A stretch of 64,000 nucleotides of DNA from Candidatus Delongbacteria bacterium. GTDB lineage: Bacteria > CAIWAD01. The notes beneath the pieces were generated by a model. That model made no database searches, was not told the DNA's origin, and saw only the letters and a program-made list of their open reading frames with translations. Shown here piece after piece: positions 41,638 through 52,379 of this stretch (within the stretch, counting starts at the first letter, position 1; the number at the start of each line of letters is the position of its first letter). Location of the stretch: NCBI GenBank assembly GCA_963663545.1, contig OY760505.1, forward strand, positions 864,001-928,000. Direction: 5' to 3'. The position numbers were made by a program, and so were the translations under genes.

Positions 41638-41664
41638 AAAAGGGCGGCACCCCCGGCGCCGCCC
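41638..41664 (-). terminator. Intrinsic terminator after the flavodiiron gene
   Basis: GGGCGGC stem, then TTTT on minus strand. Confidence 0.7.
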
Positions 41665-41672
41665 ACTCTGTG

Positions 41673-42851
41673 CTACATCAAACCCGCCTCGCGGTGTTTG
41701 GCGACGATTGCGTCCGCCAACTCTTCGAGGGCGTGATACGCTTCCTCGCGCGGCGCACCCTTGCAGGCAACGCCGGGCAGCGTATCCAGCTTCAGGCCCG
41801 CCAGCAACGCACCAGCGTCGTCCATGCCCTTCTTGGACCAGCCGTAGGAGCCGACCATGGCGCAGAATTGCGTCTTGGGCTTCAGTGCATTGGCAATGGT
41901 CGCCGCGTAGGCAATCAGCGGATGCGGGCCGCCTAGCAGACTGGAGGCACCCACCACGATGGTCGCTGCGTCCACCAAGTGCAGAGCCAGTGCATCACCA
42001 CTGGTCACTGTCAGATCCAGCAGGGCGACTTCTACACCCTGCCTGGTCAGTGCACCTGCCAGATGTTCGACCATGTGACGCACGCTGCCGTGCATCGAGA
42101 CAAAGGGAAGCACAACCTTGTTGTGACACGGACCGGAAACCCAGTCGTGATACAAATCAAGGATGAACTTCGGGTTGTCATAGACCGGACCGTGCGAAGG
42201 CGCGATGATCTTGAAATCCACTTCCGCCAGTTTATCCAGGTTCTTCTTGATGAACTTGGCGTAGGGCATCATGATCTCGGCGTAGTAGCGTTTGGCGGCG
42301 TCTTCCACTAAGGGTAGATTGCGCGCGTAGAGATCGGCACCGGCCACGTGTGATCCAAAAAAATCGCAGCTGAAGAGAATGCCTTCCTCTTCCAGCAGAC
42401 TGACCATGGTCTCCGGCCAATGCACCCAAGGCGTATGGAAAAAGCGCAGCGTGCGATCGCCAAGGGAAAGTGTATCACCGTCCTCGACCACGTCAATGCG
42501 ATCCGCATCCAGCGGCAGCAGATCCAGCAGCATATCCTTGCACTTGGGGCTGCAGATCACGCGCGCTTCAGGGTAACGCTCCATGACCCAGGGTAGCGAG
42601 CCGGTGTGATCCTGCTCGGCATGGTGGGCGACGATGTAATCCAGCCGGGGCACATCGGCAAGCTGCTCAAGCAGATCTTCAAACTTGGTGGGATCCACAG
42701 TTTCCAGCAGGGCCACCTTCTGGCTGCCGCGGATCAAATAGGAGTTGTAGCTCGTGCCGTGCGGAAGGGGCATCAGGGCGTCAAAAAGACTGCGATCCCA
42801 ATCCTGGGCGCCGGCCCAGTCCACACGATCCGATATCGGACGTCGTTGCAT
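41673..42851 (-). CDS. fprA: Flavodiiron protein (FprA, class A)
   Basis: GTSYNSYL, HAEQDH, HWPETM, SCDFFGSH, PSHG, flavodoxin SMHGS and GSYGWS. Confidence 0.92.
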   Translation of the reverse strand: MQRRPISDRVDWAGAQDWDRSLFDALMPLPHGTSYNSYLIRGSQKVALLETVDPTKFEDLLEQLADVPRLDYIVAHHAEQDHTGSLPWVMERYPEARVICSPKCKDMLLDLLPLDADRIDVVEDGDTLSLGDRTLRFFHTPWVHWPETMVSLLEEEGILFSCDFFGSHVAGADLYARNLPLVEDAAKRYYAEIMMPYAKFIKKNLDKLAEVDFKIIAPSHGPVYDNPKFILDLYHDWVSGPCHNKVVLPFVSMHGSVRHMVEHLAGALTRQGVEVALLDLTVTSGDALALHLVDAATIVVGASSLLGGPHPLIAYAATIANALKPKTQFCAMVGSYGWSKKGMDDAGALLAGLKLDTLPGVACKGAPREEAYHALEELADAIVAKHREAGLM

Positions 42852-42941
42852 GCTAAACCTCAATACTAACGGGGGCCGCTCCCTGCGACCAGGCTTCAAA
42901 GGTAATGCATGCAGATCAAGGCGCGCCAGCGGGACGCGCCC

Positions 42942-44558
42942 TTAGTCGTGTTCCGGCTTGCCATCCAACGCTCGGCGAATGGCATCGGCGTAGTGCGCCA
43001 AATTCACCGGCTTGCGCAGAATACGCAGTCCTTCGATGCGCGACATGCGATTCAAAGCCGCCGACTCCAGCTGTCCCGTGCAGATCAGAATGGGCAATTG
43101 AGGTCGCAGCGTGCGCACCTCCTCAGCCAGCTCGTCGCCCGTCATGCCCGGCATGGTCAGATCGGTGAGCACCAGATCCACCGCATCACGGTTTAGGTTG
43201 AACCAGGTCATGGCTTCGGCTGCATCGGTAAAGGCCACGACCTGATAGCCGAGTCGCTTCAACAGGCGCTGATAGAGGCGAACGATGACGTCCTCGTCGT
43301 CCACCACCAGCAAGCGCTCGCCACCGCGCGGCATGTCCACATTGGAGTCGACCTGTGTATCACTGGCACTAGTCTGCAGGCAGGGCAGCTGAATGCGAAA
43401 TGTAGTACCCACGCCAAGTTCGCTGTCCACCGTGATACGTCCCTGGTGACCGCTGATAATGCCGTGCACGACGGCAAGGCCAAGACCGGTGCCCTTTCCC
43501 TGCTCCTTGGTCGTAAAATAGGGCTCGAAGATGCGCGACAGCAGTTCGGCAGGAATGCCCGTACCTGTATCACGCACTTTCAGCAGCACCCAGTCGGCGT
43601 CCTCTTCGTGCACCTTGTCCAGCACCAGCTCGATGCTTCCGCCCTGTTCCTCCAGCGCGTGGGCCGCATTGGTGCAGAGATTCATCAGCACTTGGTGAAT
43701 CTGCACAGGATCGCCCAGAATCATGTCGCCGGAGCGGTTGAGGCTCAGTCTCAGATCAATGGTGGAGGGCAGACTTGCCCGCAGCAGTTTGAAGACTTCC
43801 TTGGCTAGACTGGAAAGCAGCAGCGGTCGCAGTTCGCTCACATTCTGCCTGCCTAGCGAGAGGATCTGCTGAATCAGCTGTTTGGCGCGCAGGCTTGCGC
43901 TCAGAATCTGGCTCAGTCGCTCATCCTCGCCCTGCACCCGCTCCATGTGCAGTAATTCGGCATTGCCGATGATGGCCGCCAGAATGTTGTTGAAGTCGTG
44001 GGCGATACCGGCAGCCAGGGTGCCGATGGCCTCCATCTTCTGGGAATGCCAGAGTTGCTGCTCCAGCTCTTTGCGCTCCGCTTCCATCCGCCAGCGTGCC
44101 CGCAGGTCGTGTATCACAAGCATGCCGTAGTATTGCTTGCGGTATTCCACCTTGCCCACCGTCAGTTCAACCGGAAGGTCGTTGCCGCTTTGCATTGGCA
44201 AGACAGCTTCGATGGTTATGCTGTGACGGCGACCGGGTTTGCCCTGATCCAGCCATTGACGCAGGCGTCGTGCCGTTTCCTCATCCACCAGATCCATCAG
44301 CGTACAATCGCGAAGCTCATCGGCACTCCGCTCCAGCAGCGGCCCCATGGTCTGATTGAAATCCAGCAATCGGCCCGTGTTCAGGTCCAGCAGCGCAAGT
44401 CCTTCATGCGACTGATCCAGCAGAGCGCGAAATCGCTCCAGCTCGCCCAGTTGGCGCTTTAGCTGCGGGAAGTAGCTCTTTTGAATCGATTGTTCGCCCA
44501 GACCAATGATGCGGTCACGCAGTTGCTCTCGATTCTTATGGTCAGCGGAGTCTCTCAT
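42942..44558 (-). CDS. Hybrid sensor kinase (PAS-HisKA-HATPase-REC), ErcS-like N-terminus
   Basis: [48 protein letters not shown]. Confidence 0.92.
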   Translation of the reverse strand: MRDSADHKNREQLRDRIIGLGEQSIQKSYFPQLKRQLGELERFRALLDQSHEGLALLDLNTGRLLDFNQTMGPLLERSADELRDCTLMDLVDEETARRLRQWLDQGKPGRRHSITIEAVLPMQSGNDLPVELTVGKVEYRKQYYGMLVIHDLRARWRMEAERKELEQQLWHSQKMEAIGTLAAGIAHDFNNILAAIIGNAELLHMERVQGEDERLSQILSASLRAKQLIQQILSLGRQNVSELRPLLLSSLAKEVFKLLRASLPSTIDLRLSLNRSGDMILGDPVQIHQVLMNLCTNAAHALEEQGGSIELVLDKVHEEDADWVLLKVRDTGTGIPAELLSRIFEPYFTTKEQGKGTGLGLAVVHGIISGHQGRITVDSELGVGTTFRIQLPCLQTSASDTQVDSNVDMPRGGERLLVVDDEDVIVRLYQRLLKRLGYQVVAFTDAAEAMTWFNLNRDAVDLVLTDLTMPGMTGDELAEEVRTLRPQLPILICTGQLESAALNRMSRIEGLRILRKPVNLAHYADAIRRALDGKPEHD

Positions 44559-45720
44559 AGAGTTGTATCACGTCCTCTTGTTGCGGATTCCTGGGATTGG
44601 TCACCAGACACGGGTCGGCCAACGCAGCCCCGGCCAGTCTGGGCAGAAAATCCCGTTCCAGCTCGCTCAGGCTGCGATCAACACCGACATCCTTGCGCAA
44701 ATGATGAATGCTGGCGATCGCTTTGTCTACACTGCTGCCTGTACCCTCTTCCAACCAGGGCACACGGCTGCGCAGGTAGTCCATGCGCGCTTCAATAGCA
44801 GGGCGGTTGAAATCGATTACGTGTTCCAGCAGCAGCGCGTTGCACTCGCCGTGGGGTAAATCCAGCAGGCCACCCAGCGCGTGTGCCATGGCGTGCACTA
44901 AGCCCAGGCTGGCATTGCTGAAAGCCAGTCCTGCATAAACGCTTGCCAGAAGCATGCGCGCACGCCACTCCTGGTTGCCGGGGTGATCCAGCGCCTGCCG
45001 CAGGCTTTCGCCCACGAGCTGAATGGCGACAATGGCGTTCTCGCTGGTGATGTGGCTGCGGGCGTTTGAACACCAGGCCTCGATGGCGTGGGTCAGTGCG
45101 TCCAGTCCGGTACACGCTGTCAGATAGTCGGGCATGGAAACGGTCATCTGCGGATCCACCAGCGCGGCGTCCGGAATCACGGTTTTGGAGATGATGGCTT
45201 CCTTGACACGGGTCGTCGTGTTGTTGATAATGGCAAACTGCGAAAGCTCAGCCGCGGTACCGGATGTTGTGGGCAGACAAACCAAGGGTGGCGAAGGAAT
45301 GGGCACCCGGTCCACGCCGGTGTAATCGAGGATGTGGCCGCCATTGCTGGCCACCACACCAATGCACTTGGCGCAATCCATTGGACTTCCGCCGCCGAGA
45401 GCGACAATGCCGTCCGCGCCCGTGTCGGCAAAGACCTTCACTCCTTCCATCACCTCAAAATCGCGCGGATTGGCACTGACCTTGTCGAACACATCCGCAC
45501 TGATACCCGCTTTGCGTAGATGGGCCAGAACCTCGTCCACCATGCCGGTTTGACGCACACCCTCATCCGTGACCAACAGGACGTGATTCAGCCCCAGGTT
45601 GTGGCAATAGCGGCCGCTTAGTTCGGCTGCACCCGCACCGAAGACAAACTCGGGCGCCACAAATTTACGCAGCTCGAGCAGCTCGCGGGTTTCTCCGGGA
45701 TTCTTTGCTCCAGTGGGCAT
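44542..45720 (-). CDS. Iron-containing alcohol dehydrogenase-like protein, ErcA-like
   Basis: LRKFVAPEFVFG, GGGSPMD, PTTSGT, DALTHAIE, HAMAH, PHG. Confidence 0.9.
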   Translation of the reverse strand: MPTGAKNPGETRELLELRKFVAPEFVFGAGAAELSGRYCHNLGLNHVLLVTDEGVRQTGMVDEVLAHLRKAGISADVFDKVSANPRDFEVMEGVKVFADTGADGIVALGGGSPMDCAKCIGVVASNGGHILDYTGVDRVPIPSPPLVCLPTTSGTAAELSQFAIINNTTTRVKEAIISKTVIPDAALVDPQMTVSMPDYLTACTGLDALTHAIEAWCSNARSHITSENAIVAIQLVGESLRQALDHPGNQEWRARMLLASVYAGLAFSNASLGLVHAMAHALGGLLDLPHGECNALLLEHVIDFNRPAIEARMDYLRSRVPWLEEGTGSSVDKAIASIHHLRKDVGVDRSLSELERDFLPRLAGAALADPCLVTNPRNPQQEDVIQLYERLR

Positions 45721-45921
45721 GAGCTTCCACCTCTCCTTGAGTCCTGGGCGTGGCCCGGACCAATCTCGCGCGGGCGGTTCTCCCGTTACGAATGCCCTGC
45801 GCGCACGTCAAAGCTACCCCTGCTATCGGCAATAGTAGCCATAGTATTGAACAGCGTCAATCATGAGCTGCTGGAGTTCTCGCTCTATGCAAACTCAGTC
45901 TGAACAGGCGCATGTCGGCCC

Positions 45922-47880
45922 TCAGTCCAGACAGATCACACGATAAAACGAAAGCGGACCCTCGAGCGAAAGAAGAAGTTCGGTGGAGGTAGTGAGGGTC
46001 AAGGGAAGCCAGGGTCCGTAAGCCGACTCGGCAATTTCAACACGATAGGCATGTGCAACACTCAGCGGCTGCCACTGCAAAAACAAGCTCCCGCCGTTTA
46101 GGGAAAGATGCAACTCCGGCGCAGGCGGGGCCAGGCGGCGCAGACAGTCGAGCACCGGCAGGCCGCGCCCCAAGGCGTCAAAGTGCGAAAGGTTTTCATG
46201 CCCAGTACAAAGAGCGGAGGCCTGGACCGCTGGCTCCCAGAAACAGAAGCCCAAACCAAGGCCATTGGGCAGAGTGCGTATCAGCTCCAGCACATCGCCA
46301 GCCAAGGCCGCTTGCCCAATTGGCGTAGCCGGATACCCCGACAGCAACTGGCTTTCCAGCCCGACAATGTTGCCGCAGTCGTCCCACCAGCCTAGCGAGA
46401 AGGGATAGGCGTGTTCGACCACCAGCAGGCGCTTGCCGTAGCGCGTGGCCAGGTCGCTGAGATTGGCACTCAACGCAGCCAGATCACCGTGCCACCAGGG
46501 ATACCAGGAAAGCGCAATGACGTCGAAGTCGCACAGAGGCGAAAGACTGTCGATGAAGTGACGCACAAGCTCATTCTGCCCGCCAGCCGCCAAGTGCAGC
46601 AGTAGTTGTGGACGGTGCTCGCCGTCGCAGACCGCGTCCACACCCGCCATGGCATGCAGCAGCAGATTGGAGAGTGACGCCCACTGCGCAGGCGTGTCCT
46701 GCTGCACACTGCCCGCTGGCCAGAGCATGCCTCCGTTGATCTCGTTCCCCAGCTGCAGATACTGCGGTAGACAGTCCGCGTTGGCAAAAGCGCTGAGCAC
46801 ATCGGCGGTGTAAGCCTCCACCGAATCCGCCAGCGTCGCTTCGTCCAGGCCTTGCCAGACAGCGGGCGGCGTTTGTTGTCCCGGATCAGCCCATGTATCA
46901 CTGTAGTGCAAATCAAGTAGCAATTGAAAACCAAGTGACCGGGCGCGCAGCGCATGAGCCAGTGTGCTATCCAGACCCTGCCAGGCTTCAGCGGGTGTGT
47001 GCCACAAACGCAGACGCAGCAAATTGAAATCATGTCGCCGATAGATCACTTCGGCGCTGCTGGCGCTGCCCAGGCTGTCACTCCAGCTCGCGCCGGCAGC
47101 CTCCATTTGCGGGCCCCAGGAATTATCCAGGCCCAACAAGAGCTGGTCGACCGGTGTTACAGCACCGCTGCTTCCGAAACGCACCTCGACGGAGGCCAGC
47201 TCCAGTAGCCCGTTTCCGTCTTCGTCCATCTCGCCGCAGGTGCGCCGAAGCTCACGATCATCGCCACTTTCCCACACCACAGTCTCTGGATCGTCGCGGT
47301 CTTCGAGCACCAGCTTCCAGGGTTGAGTTGTGCCACTCAGCGAGTCCAGTTCGAGCTGCAAGTGATACAACTCTCCCGCCAGCGACTCGAACTGCGGTCC
47401 CGGTCCCCAGCTGCCCATTCCAGGATGGGCACCGCGCAGGGTCAGCGCCTGTAGCGCCGGATCAAAGAGCCCGGTGATACGCGCGCTTGTCATGTCGGCG
47501 AGTATTTCTACTTCCACAGCGGCTACCGGGCACGCCAGGCTATCGTCATTGAACCATACACTCGGTAATTGTAGCTCATCGTCCTGGGCATAAAAGCTAC
47601 GGTTTGCACCTTCCTCCCAGAGTAGTTCCTGCCCGTCGTGGATCACAAATTTGTATTCGTGCGCTCCTTGTGACAGCTCTATGCTTCCGTGATACAGGCT
47701 GTCACCCGTAGTCCACAGACCTTGCCCTTCCCAGCCGGACCAGTCGCCATGAACACAGACAGAGTCCGTTGCCGGGTTAAAAAGCCCGTTCTGTGCTGCC
47801 ACAGCCATCTGCAATTCAAAGTGAACCGTAGTGCAAAGGGCCACCTTCATACAGGCCAGTATGCAAAGTAGGCGTATCAC
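45922..47880 (-). CDS. Secreted GH53 endo-beta-1,4-galactanase with N-terminal CBM20/48-like modules
   Basis: RLRLW, DLHYSDTWADPGQQ, QLGNE, SWYPWWHG, VVE; EYKFV and WE.G.NR module motifs; start uncertain (GTG 47,880 or ATG 47,910). Confidence 0.88.
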   Translation of the reverse strand: MIRLLCILACMKVALCTTVHFELQMAVAAQNGLFNPATDSVCVHGDWSGWEGQGLWTTGDSLYHGSIELSQGAHEYKFVIHDGQELLWEEGANRSFYAQDDELQLPSVWFNDDSLACPVAAVEVEILADMTSARITGLFDPALQALTLRGAHPGMGSWGPGPQFESLAGELYHLQLELDSLSGTTQPWKLVLEDRDDPETVVWESGDDRELRRTCGEMDEDGNGLLELASVEVRFGSSGAVTPVDQLLLGLDNSWGPQMEAAGASWSDSLGSASSAEVIYRRHDFNLLRLRLWHTPAEAWQGLDSTLAHALRARSLGFQLLLDLHYSDTWADPGQQTPPAVWQGLDEATLADSVEAYTADVLSAFANADCLPQYLQLGNEINGGMLWPAGSVQQDTPAQWASLSNLLLHAMAGVDAVCDGEHRPQLLLHLAAGGQNELVRHFIDSLSPLCDFDVIALSWYPWWHGDLAALSANLSDLATRYGKRLLVVEHAYPFSLGWWDDCGNIVGLESQLLSGYPATPIGQAALAGDVLELIRTLPNGLGLGFCFWEPAVQASALCTGHENLSHFDALGRGLPVLDCLRRLAPPAPELHLSLNGGSLFLQWQPLSVAHAYRVEIAESAYGPWLPLTLTTSTELLLSLEGPLSFYRVICLD

Positions 47881-48791
47881 GACAGCACCACTCCAGTAAT
47901 CCAATGCCACATCGGCAGTGTTACAAGTGACAGCACAATGCCCACACCCGCCAGTGAAGCCGCCAGCTCGGGTTCCAGATCCGCTTCAGCCGCCAGTACA
48001 CTGGCGGTTACCATGGCGGGCATGCCAGCCTGAAACACGCTGATCTGAGCGGGAAGGCCTTGCCAACCAAAGAGCAGGCAGTACAGAAGACAGAGCGCCG
48101 GAACCACCAGCAGCTTCAAGCCCAGCCCCAGTGCCAGCATGCGTTTGCGGCCTTTGGCCAGACGCAGTTTGAGCTGCAAGCCAACGGCAAACATCACCAC
48201 CGGCACCATAGAATTCTCGGCCAGCTCGAGCACTTCCGCGATGGGTCCCGGCCATTGGTGACCGCGCATTGCCAAGCCGATGAGTAGCGCAACAAAGGGT
48301 GGAAAGGTGAAAATGCGACGCAGCAGCAGCAGCGCTGTCGGTCGCTGTTCGCCCGAATAGTACGCGGAGGCCATGGTCGCGTAAATGCTGACCCCCAGGA
48401 AGGACCCCAGCTGGTCGTAGAGCAGCGCCGGTAGCAGGTTGTCCGGACCGTACCAGACACGCGTCATCGGAATGCCCAGGAAACCCGTGTTGCCCAGTGG
48501 TACAACCAGCATCAGTGCGCCTGTGACACTGCGCGGTAATTTGAGCATGCGTGATACAAGCCAGACCAGCAGAACCGATCCTGCCTGTGTCATCCAGGCA
48601 GCGATCACCGGCGTCAGCATGCCGGATTCCAACTCCAGCCCGGGCATCTTGTGCATCACCAGCGCGGGCAGGGAAACCCAGATCACGAAGCGGTTCAGGG
48701 TCTGCGCACTCTGCGGCAGAAAAGTGCCGGACACGCGTAGCGCCTTTCCCAGGCCAATCAGTGCGAGGATGAGTAGAAAGGTGGCGATGAT
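47877..48791 (-). CDS. AEC (auxin efflux carrier) family transporter, probable ATC start
   Basis: LNRFVIWVSLPAL, GNTGFLGIP, KLLVVP, GMP; first TM helix lies upstream of the first GTG. Confidence 0.88.
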   Translation of the reverse strand: MIATFLLILALIGLGKALRVSGTFLPQSAQTLNRFVIWVSLPALVMHKMPGLELESGMLTPVIAAWMTQAGSVLLVWLVSRMLKLPRSVTGALMLVVPLGNTGFLGIPMTRVWYGPDNLLPALLYDQLGSFLGVSIYATMASAYYSGEQRPTALLLLRRIFTFPPFVALLIGLAMRGHQWPGPIAEVLELAENSMVPVVMFAVGLQLKLRLAKGRKRMLALGLGLKLLVVPALCLLYCLLFGWQGLPAQISVFQAGMPAMVTASVLAAEADLEPELAASLAGVGIVLSLVTLPMWHWITGVVLS

Positions 48792-48802
48792 CGGCTCTCC
48801 TC

Positions 48803-49723
48803 TTACTTGGCCCTGCTTCCCAGTAGAAATCGGATAGGCTCATCGATGCGCGCAGACCAGGAGCGTTCGGAGTGCTCGTGTCCAGGATAGTGGCGGTTGG
48901 TGAAGTCACGATCGGGCACCCAACCCATGTGCATCAGGGCCAGGTTGGCGCGCATCTGGTACGGCAGATAGGCCGCATCCAGCGTTTGATCACCATGATC
49001 GAAATACAGACGACGCCCCTGCGGCTCTTGTGGATGCTGCTCGAGGAAGTTGACCAATGCGCCATCGCCAGCAGGCCAGTGCGTGGAGACACAAGCGGCG
49101 GCTCCGTAAATCTGCGGCCTCTGCCACAGCGCGTAACACGAGATCAAGCCACCCATGCTGCTGCCGAGGAGCCAGGTGTGCTCACGATCAGGCAGTGTAC
49201 GCCAATGCTCGTCCACCCACGGTTTCAGGATCTCGCTCATCCAGACGAGGTAGGCGTTTCCCTCCATCGGCTGATAGCGTTGCAGGTCCTGCTGGCCCGT
49301 TTCCGTTGTGATACAACACTCAAGCGCCTCTTGCGGGGTCAACTCCTGCAATCGCTTCGGTGTGTTACAAATGCCGACAACGATGGGAACCAGCTCACCT
49401 GCAGCAGAAAAGCGGTTGAGACACTCATCAAGCTGCCATTCCACTCCGATGAAGCTGCTGTCCGCGATGAACAGATTCTGGGCATCCTGTGCGTACAGAA
49501 CGGGCCAGTGTTTGTCGGGCTGCTGCTCATAGCCTGGAGGTAGCCAGATCATCAGGGGGCGTGGATCGATATCCCTGAAAGGCGCATTTGTGATGTAGAG
49601 CAGTGTGTCGCTGGAAGTCTGTGTCACACCGGGGTCCTCCGGCGTCTTCGCGCAGACTTGCAGCGAAAGTACAACTCCGGTCAGCAGGTAGAGCAGGGCT
49701 CGGGAATAAAGCGGAGCCATCAT
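48803..49723 (-). CDS. Secreted alpha/beta hydrolase (putative esterase family)
   Basis: WLPPGY, PVLYAQD.QN, GSSMGG, DHG, H.E..W. Confidence 0.9.
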   Translation of the reverse strand: MMAPLYSRALLYLLTGVVLSLQVCAKTPEDPGVTQTSSDTLLYITNAPFRDIDPRPLMIWLPPGYEQQPDKHWPVLYAQDAQNLFIADSSFIGVEWQLDECLNRFSAAGELVPIVVGICNTPKRLQELTPQEALECCITTETGQQDLQRYQPMEGNAYLVWMSEILKPWVDEHWRTLPDREHTWLLGSSMGGLISCYALWQRPQIYGAAACVSTHWPAGDGALVNFLEQHPQEPQGRRLYFDHGDQTLDAAYLPYQMRANLALMHMGWVPDRDFTNRHYPGHEHSERSWSARIDEPIRFLLGSRAK

Positions 49724-50424
49724 GCAACAGTCCTTTCGTATTGCAGGGCATTGCCCTCCTTACCGGCAATGCTGAGCAGATCCAGTTTACGCAGACAGTA
49801 GCAGACTTGCTGCGACAAGCGTCTGCTGCAAGCAAGCGCCTGCGCCAGTTCCTTGGTGCCAAAGGGCTCCTTCAACCCGGTCGGCAACAAGGCCAGCAGA
49901 TCGACAGGATCGGCGAAGATGTGACTGCGCTCGATTGAAAGCAGACGACGTTCAACCACTTCCCAGCCACCACGACGCCGGCAACGCTTGCTGGTACTGG
50001 GCCTGCGCACTTCTTCCTCGTGAATCAAGAGCACTTGCAGACGAAAATTCTGCTCGGCCAGCAACTCCGGTGCCGCCACCAATTCGCGACACACTGAAAT
50101 CAGCTCATCGTGCAGAGGACTACGACGTCGGCTCAGCTCCTTGCCGGATTCGTCCTCGCGAACGATGACACGCTCGGCGGCCAGCGGCATCACAACACGC
50201 ACGACGTGATTCGGCAGGAGGCGTGCCAGTTTGCGCCGCATCTGCCCCAGACCGCGCGTCTGAACCTCAATCAGTTCTCCGTCGCGCAGAATGTCGATCA
50301 CATGCCCGTCCAGCGGTTGTTCAAACAAGTCACCGCGCACGGCCAACCACTGCTTCAACGACGAGTGCAAGCCTCGTTCATTCAGGGTGCCAATCAAGGG
50401 GCTATCTGCAGTGGCACGTGTCAC
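49720..50424 (-). CDS. Conserved hypothetical protein, PD-(D/E)XK-like N-terminus
   Basis: IGTLNE..LH..LK, E......IDI.....IEVQT; GTG start overlapping upstream stop. Confidence 0.7.
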   Translation of the reverse strand: MTRATADSPLIGTLNERGLHSSLKQWLAVRGDLFEQPLDGHVIDILRDGELIEVQTRGLGQMRRKLARLLPNHVVRVVMPLAAERVIVREDESGKELSRRRSPLHDELISVCRELVAAPELLAEQNFRLQVLLIHEEEVRRPSTSKRCRRRGGWEVVERRLLSIERSHIFADPVDLLALLPTGLKEPFGTKELAQALACSRRLSQQVCYCLRKLDLLSIAGKEGNALQYERTVA

Positions 50425-51692
50425 GCATTCCTCCGCGAAAAATCGGGATCGTGTATCACACAGGCGCTTGCTGCTGCACGACCGGCCATGGTCCCTGAGG
50501 ACCAAGCCCATTGCAGATTGAAGCCGCCCTCGCGGCCGTCGACGTCCAGCATCTCGCCGCAGAGGTACAGGCCGGGCTGGTCCTTCAACTCCAGGCTCTT
50601 CAAACTGCAAGCCGAAAGTGGAACTCCTCCTGCGGTGACTTTGGCCACACTCCAGCCCAGATCGCTGCGCAACGGGAGTTCACCCGCGCTAAGCTCCTCG
50701 TACAGGCGCCTGCGTTGCTCGCGCTTCAGTTGACTCCCCTGTTGAGTGGATTCCAGTCCGGCCAACCTCAGCAGACAGTCCAGCAGGCGCGCAGGCAGAA
50801 GACCGTCCAGCTGGGCTGCCAGGGATTTTGCCCCTTGCAGACGCTGTTCCAGATCCTCGCGGTCCAGGAGGCACCAGCGCGTGCGTATCACGGCATGTTC
50901 TCCGCGCGAACGTGACACAAGCACATGGCGGCTGAGATCAAGCACGGCAGGCCCGGAGGCGCCCTGATGCGTCAGTAGCAGTGGACCCCTGCTGCGAGCC
51001 AACACTTTACCGCTCGCCAAAACAAGGCTGAGCTCGACCTCCTGTGTCACACCGGAAAGCGTAGTCAGCGGATGTCGCGCTGGCAAGCGAAAGGGCACAA
51101 GTCCTGGTAACAAAGGTTCGTTCAGCGGGAGCTTGAGTTGGCGCAAGAAGCCGAAAGCCTTCCCATCACTTCCCGTGCGTGGCAGGCTGCATCCACCACA
51201 GGCCAGAATGACTCTCTGAGCGCTGTAGTCACCGTTACTGCATCGTAGTACGAAACCACCCGCCACGGGCAGTACTTGTAACACGCATTCCTCGAAGAGC
51301 AAGCGCACTCCGGCAGCACGCGCCTGCTTCAATAGGGCATTCAATACGTCGCCGGCTCGGTCGCTCGTGGGAAAGAGCTTGCCCGCGTCCTCCTCATAGC
51401 AGTCGACGCCGGACTCGGCAAAGAAGCGCAGGGTTTGCTCGACCGTCAGAGCGCGTAACACGCGGTCGATTTCTTTGGGTTCGGCCCCCGCGAAATCCGC
51501 AGGGCGTACGATGGTGTTGCTAAGATTACAGCGCCCGCCGCCGCTGAGCAGCAGTTTGCGTCCGGGTCGCGGGCCGCGCTCCAGTACCGTGACACGACAC
51601 CCCGGTTGCTGACGAGCCGCCTGAATGGCCGCCATCAGTCCGGCTGGACCGGCTCCGACCACGAAAAGGCCGGGTTCATTCCTCGTACACAT
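50421..51692 (-). CDS. HI0933/BaiN-family flavoprotein
   Basis: GAGPAG, GRKLLLSGGGRCN, TGSDG, VTAGGV, GE.LDVDG..GGFNLQ.A.SSG. Confidence 0.93.
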   Translation of the reverse strand: MCTRNEPGLFVVGAGPAGLMAAIQAARQQPGCRVTVLERGPRPGRKLLLSGGGRCNLSNTIVRPADFAGAEPKEIDRVLRALTVEQTLRFFAESGVDCYEEDAGKLFPTSDRAGDVLNALLKQARAAGVRLLFEECVLQVLPVAGGFVLRCSNGDYSAQRVILACGGCSLPRTGSDGKAFGFLRQLKLPLNEPLLPGLVPFRLPARHPLTTLSGVTQEVELSLVLASGKVLARSRGPLLLTHQGASGPAVLDLSRHVLVSRSRGEHAVIRTRWCLLDREDLEQRLQGAKSLAAQLDGLLPARLLDCLLRLAGLESTQQGSQLKREQRRRLYEELSAGELPLRSDLGWSVAKVTAGGVPLSACSLKSLELKDQPGLYLCGEMLDVDGREGGFNLQWAWSSGTMAGRAAASACVIHDPDFSRRNA

Positions 51693-51765
51693 TCGCGCTC
51701 CCACAAGGCAGAGAAAGGGGACGACGGAAAAACCGCCGCCCCCATCAACAAACTTCAAGCTACAA

Positions 51766-52377
51766 TCAGTCGCCGAACTCTTCGTTGTAGTCGGCCATGG
51801 AAGCCTCTACTACTTGCAGCGCGTGATCCAGGCCGTAGACCTTCTCGATGGAGGTCGTGCTCTCCTGTCCCGGAATCAGCTTGTAGGTACTGAAGTAGTG
51901 GGTCAGACGGTCTACCAGAGCGCTTGGCAGATCCTCCAGATCGTGCACCTGTCCCCAGATATTGTCCTTCTCCAGAATGGCGATGATTTTGTCGTCGGCC
52001 TCGCCCTGATCGATCATCTGCAAACCGCCCACCACTCGCGCCTGCAACAGAATTTCCGCCTGGCTGATGGGACGCTCGCTGATGACACAGATATCCAGCG
52101 GATCACCGTCGCCGCTTTTTGCCACTGGCGAAAGTGATTTCACGCGCCGTCCGCAGTAGGTGCGGGGAATGAACCCGTACAGCGCGGGAGGATGATTGCT
52201 GGAACGCTGGGGCCGGTCGACTTTCAGGTAGCCCGTCTCTTTATCAACCTCGTACTTCACCAGGTCGAAGGGTGTAATCTCGATGTAGGCCGTTACCACT
52301 CGCGGTGCTTGCTCACCGGCTCCCAGGCCGTGCCAGGGATGCGGTCGCCAGCGGTAGAAGGGCTTTGGAAAGGACAC
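51766..52377 (-). CDS. ppa: Family I inorganic pyrophosphatase
   Basis: HPWH, IEI, KYE.DK, YGFIPRT, DGDPLD, D.GEADDK, F..YK; start approximate. Confidence 0.93.
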   Translation of the reverse strand: MSFPKPFYRWRPHPWHGLGAGEQAPRVVTAYIEITPFDLVKYEVDKETGYLKVDRPQRSSNHPPALYGFIPRTYCGRRVKSLSPVAKSGDGDPLDICVISERPISQAEILLQARVVGGLQMIDQGEADDKIIAILEKDNIWGQVHDLEDLPSALVDRLTHYFSTYKLIPGQESTTSIEKVYGLDHALQVVEASMADYNEEFGD

Positions 52378-52379
52378 GT

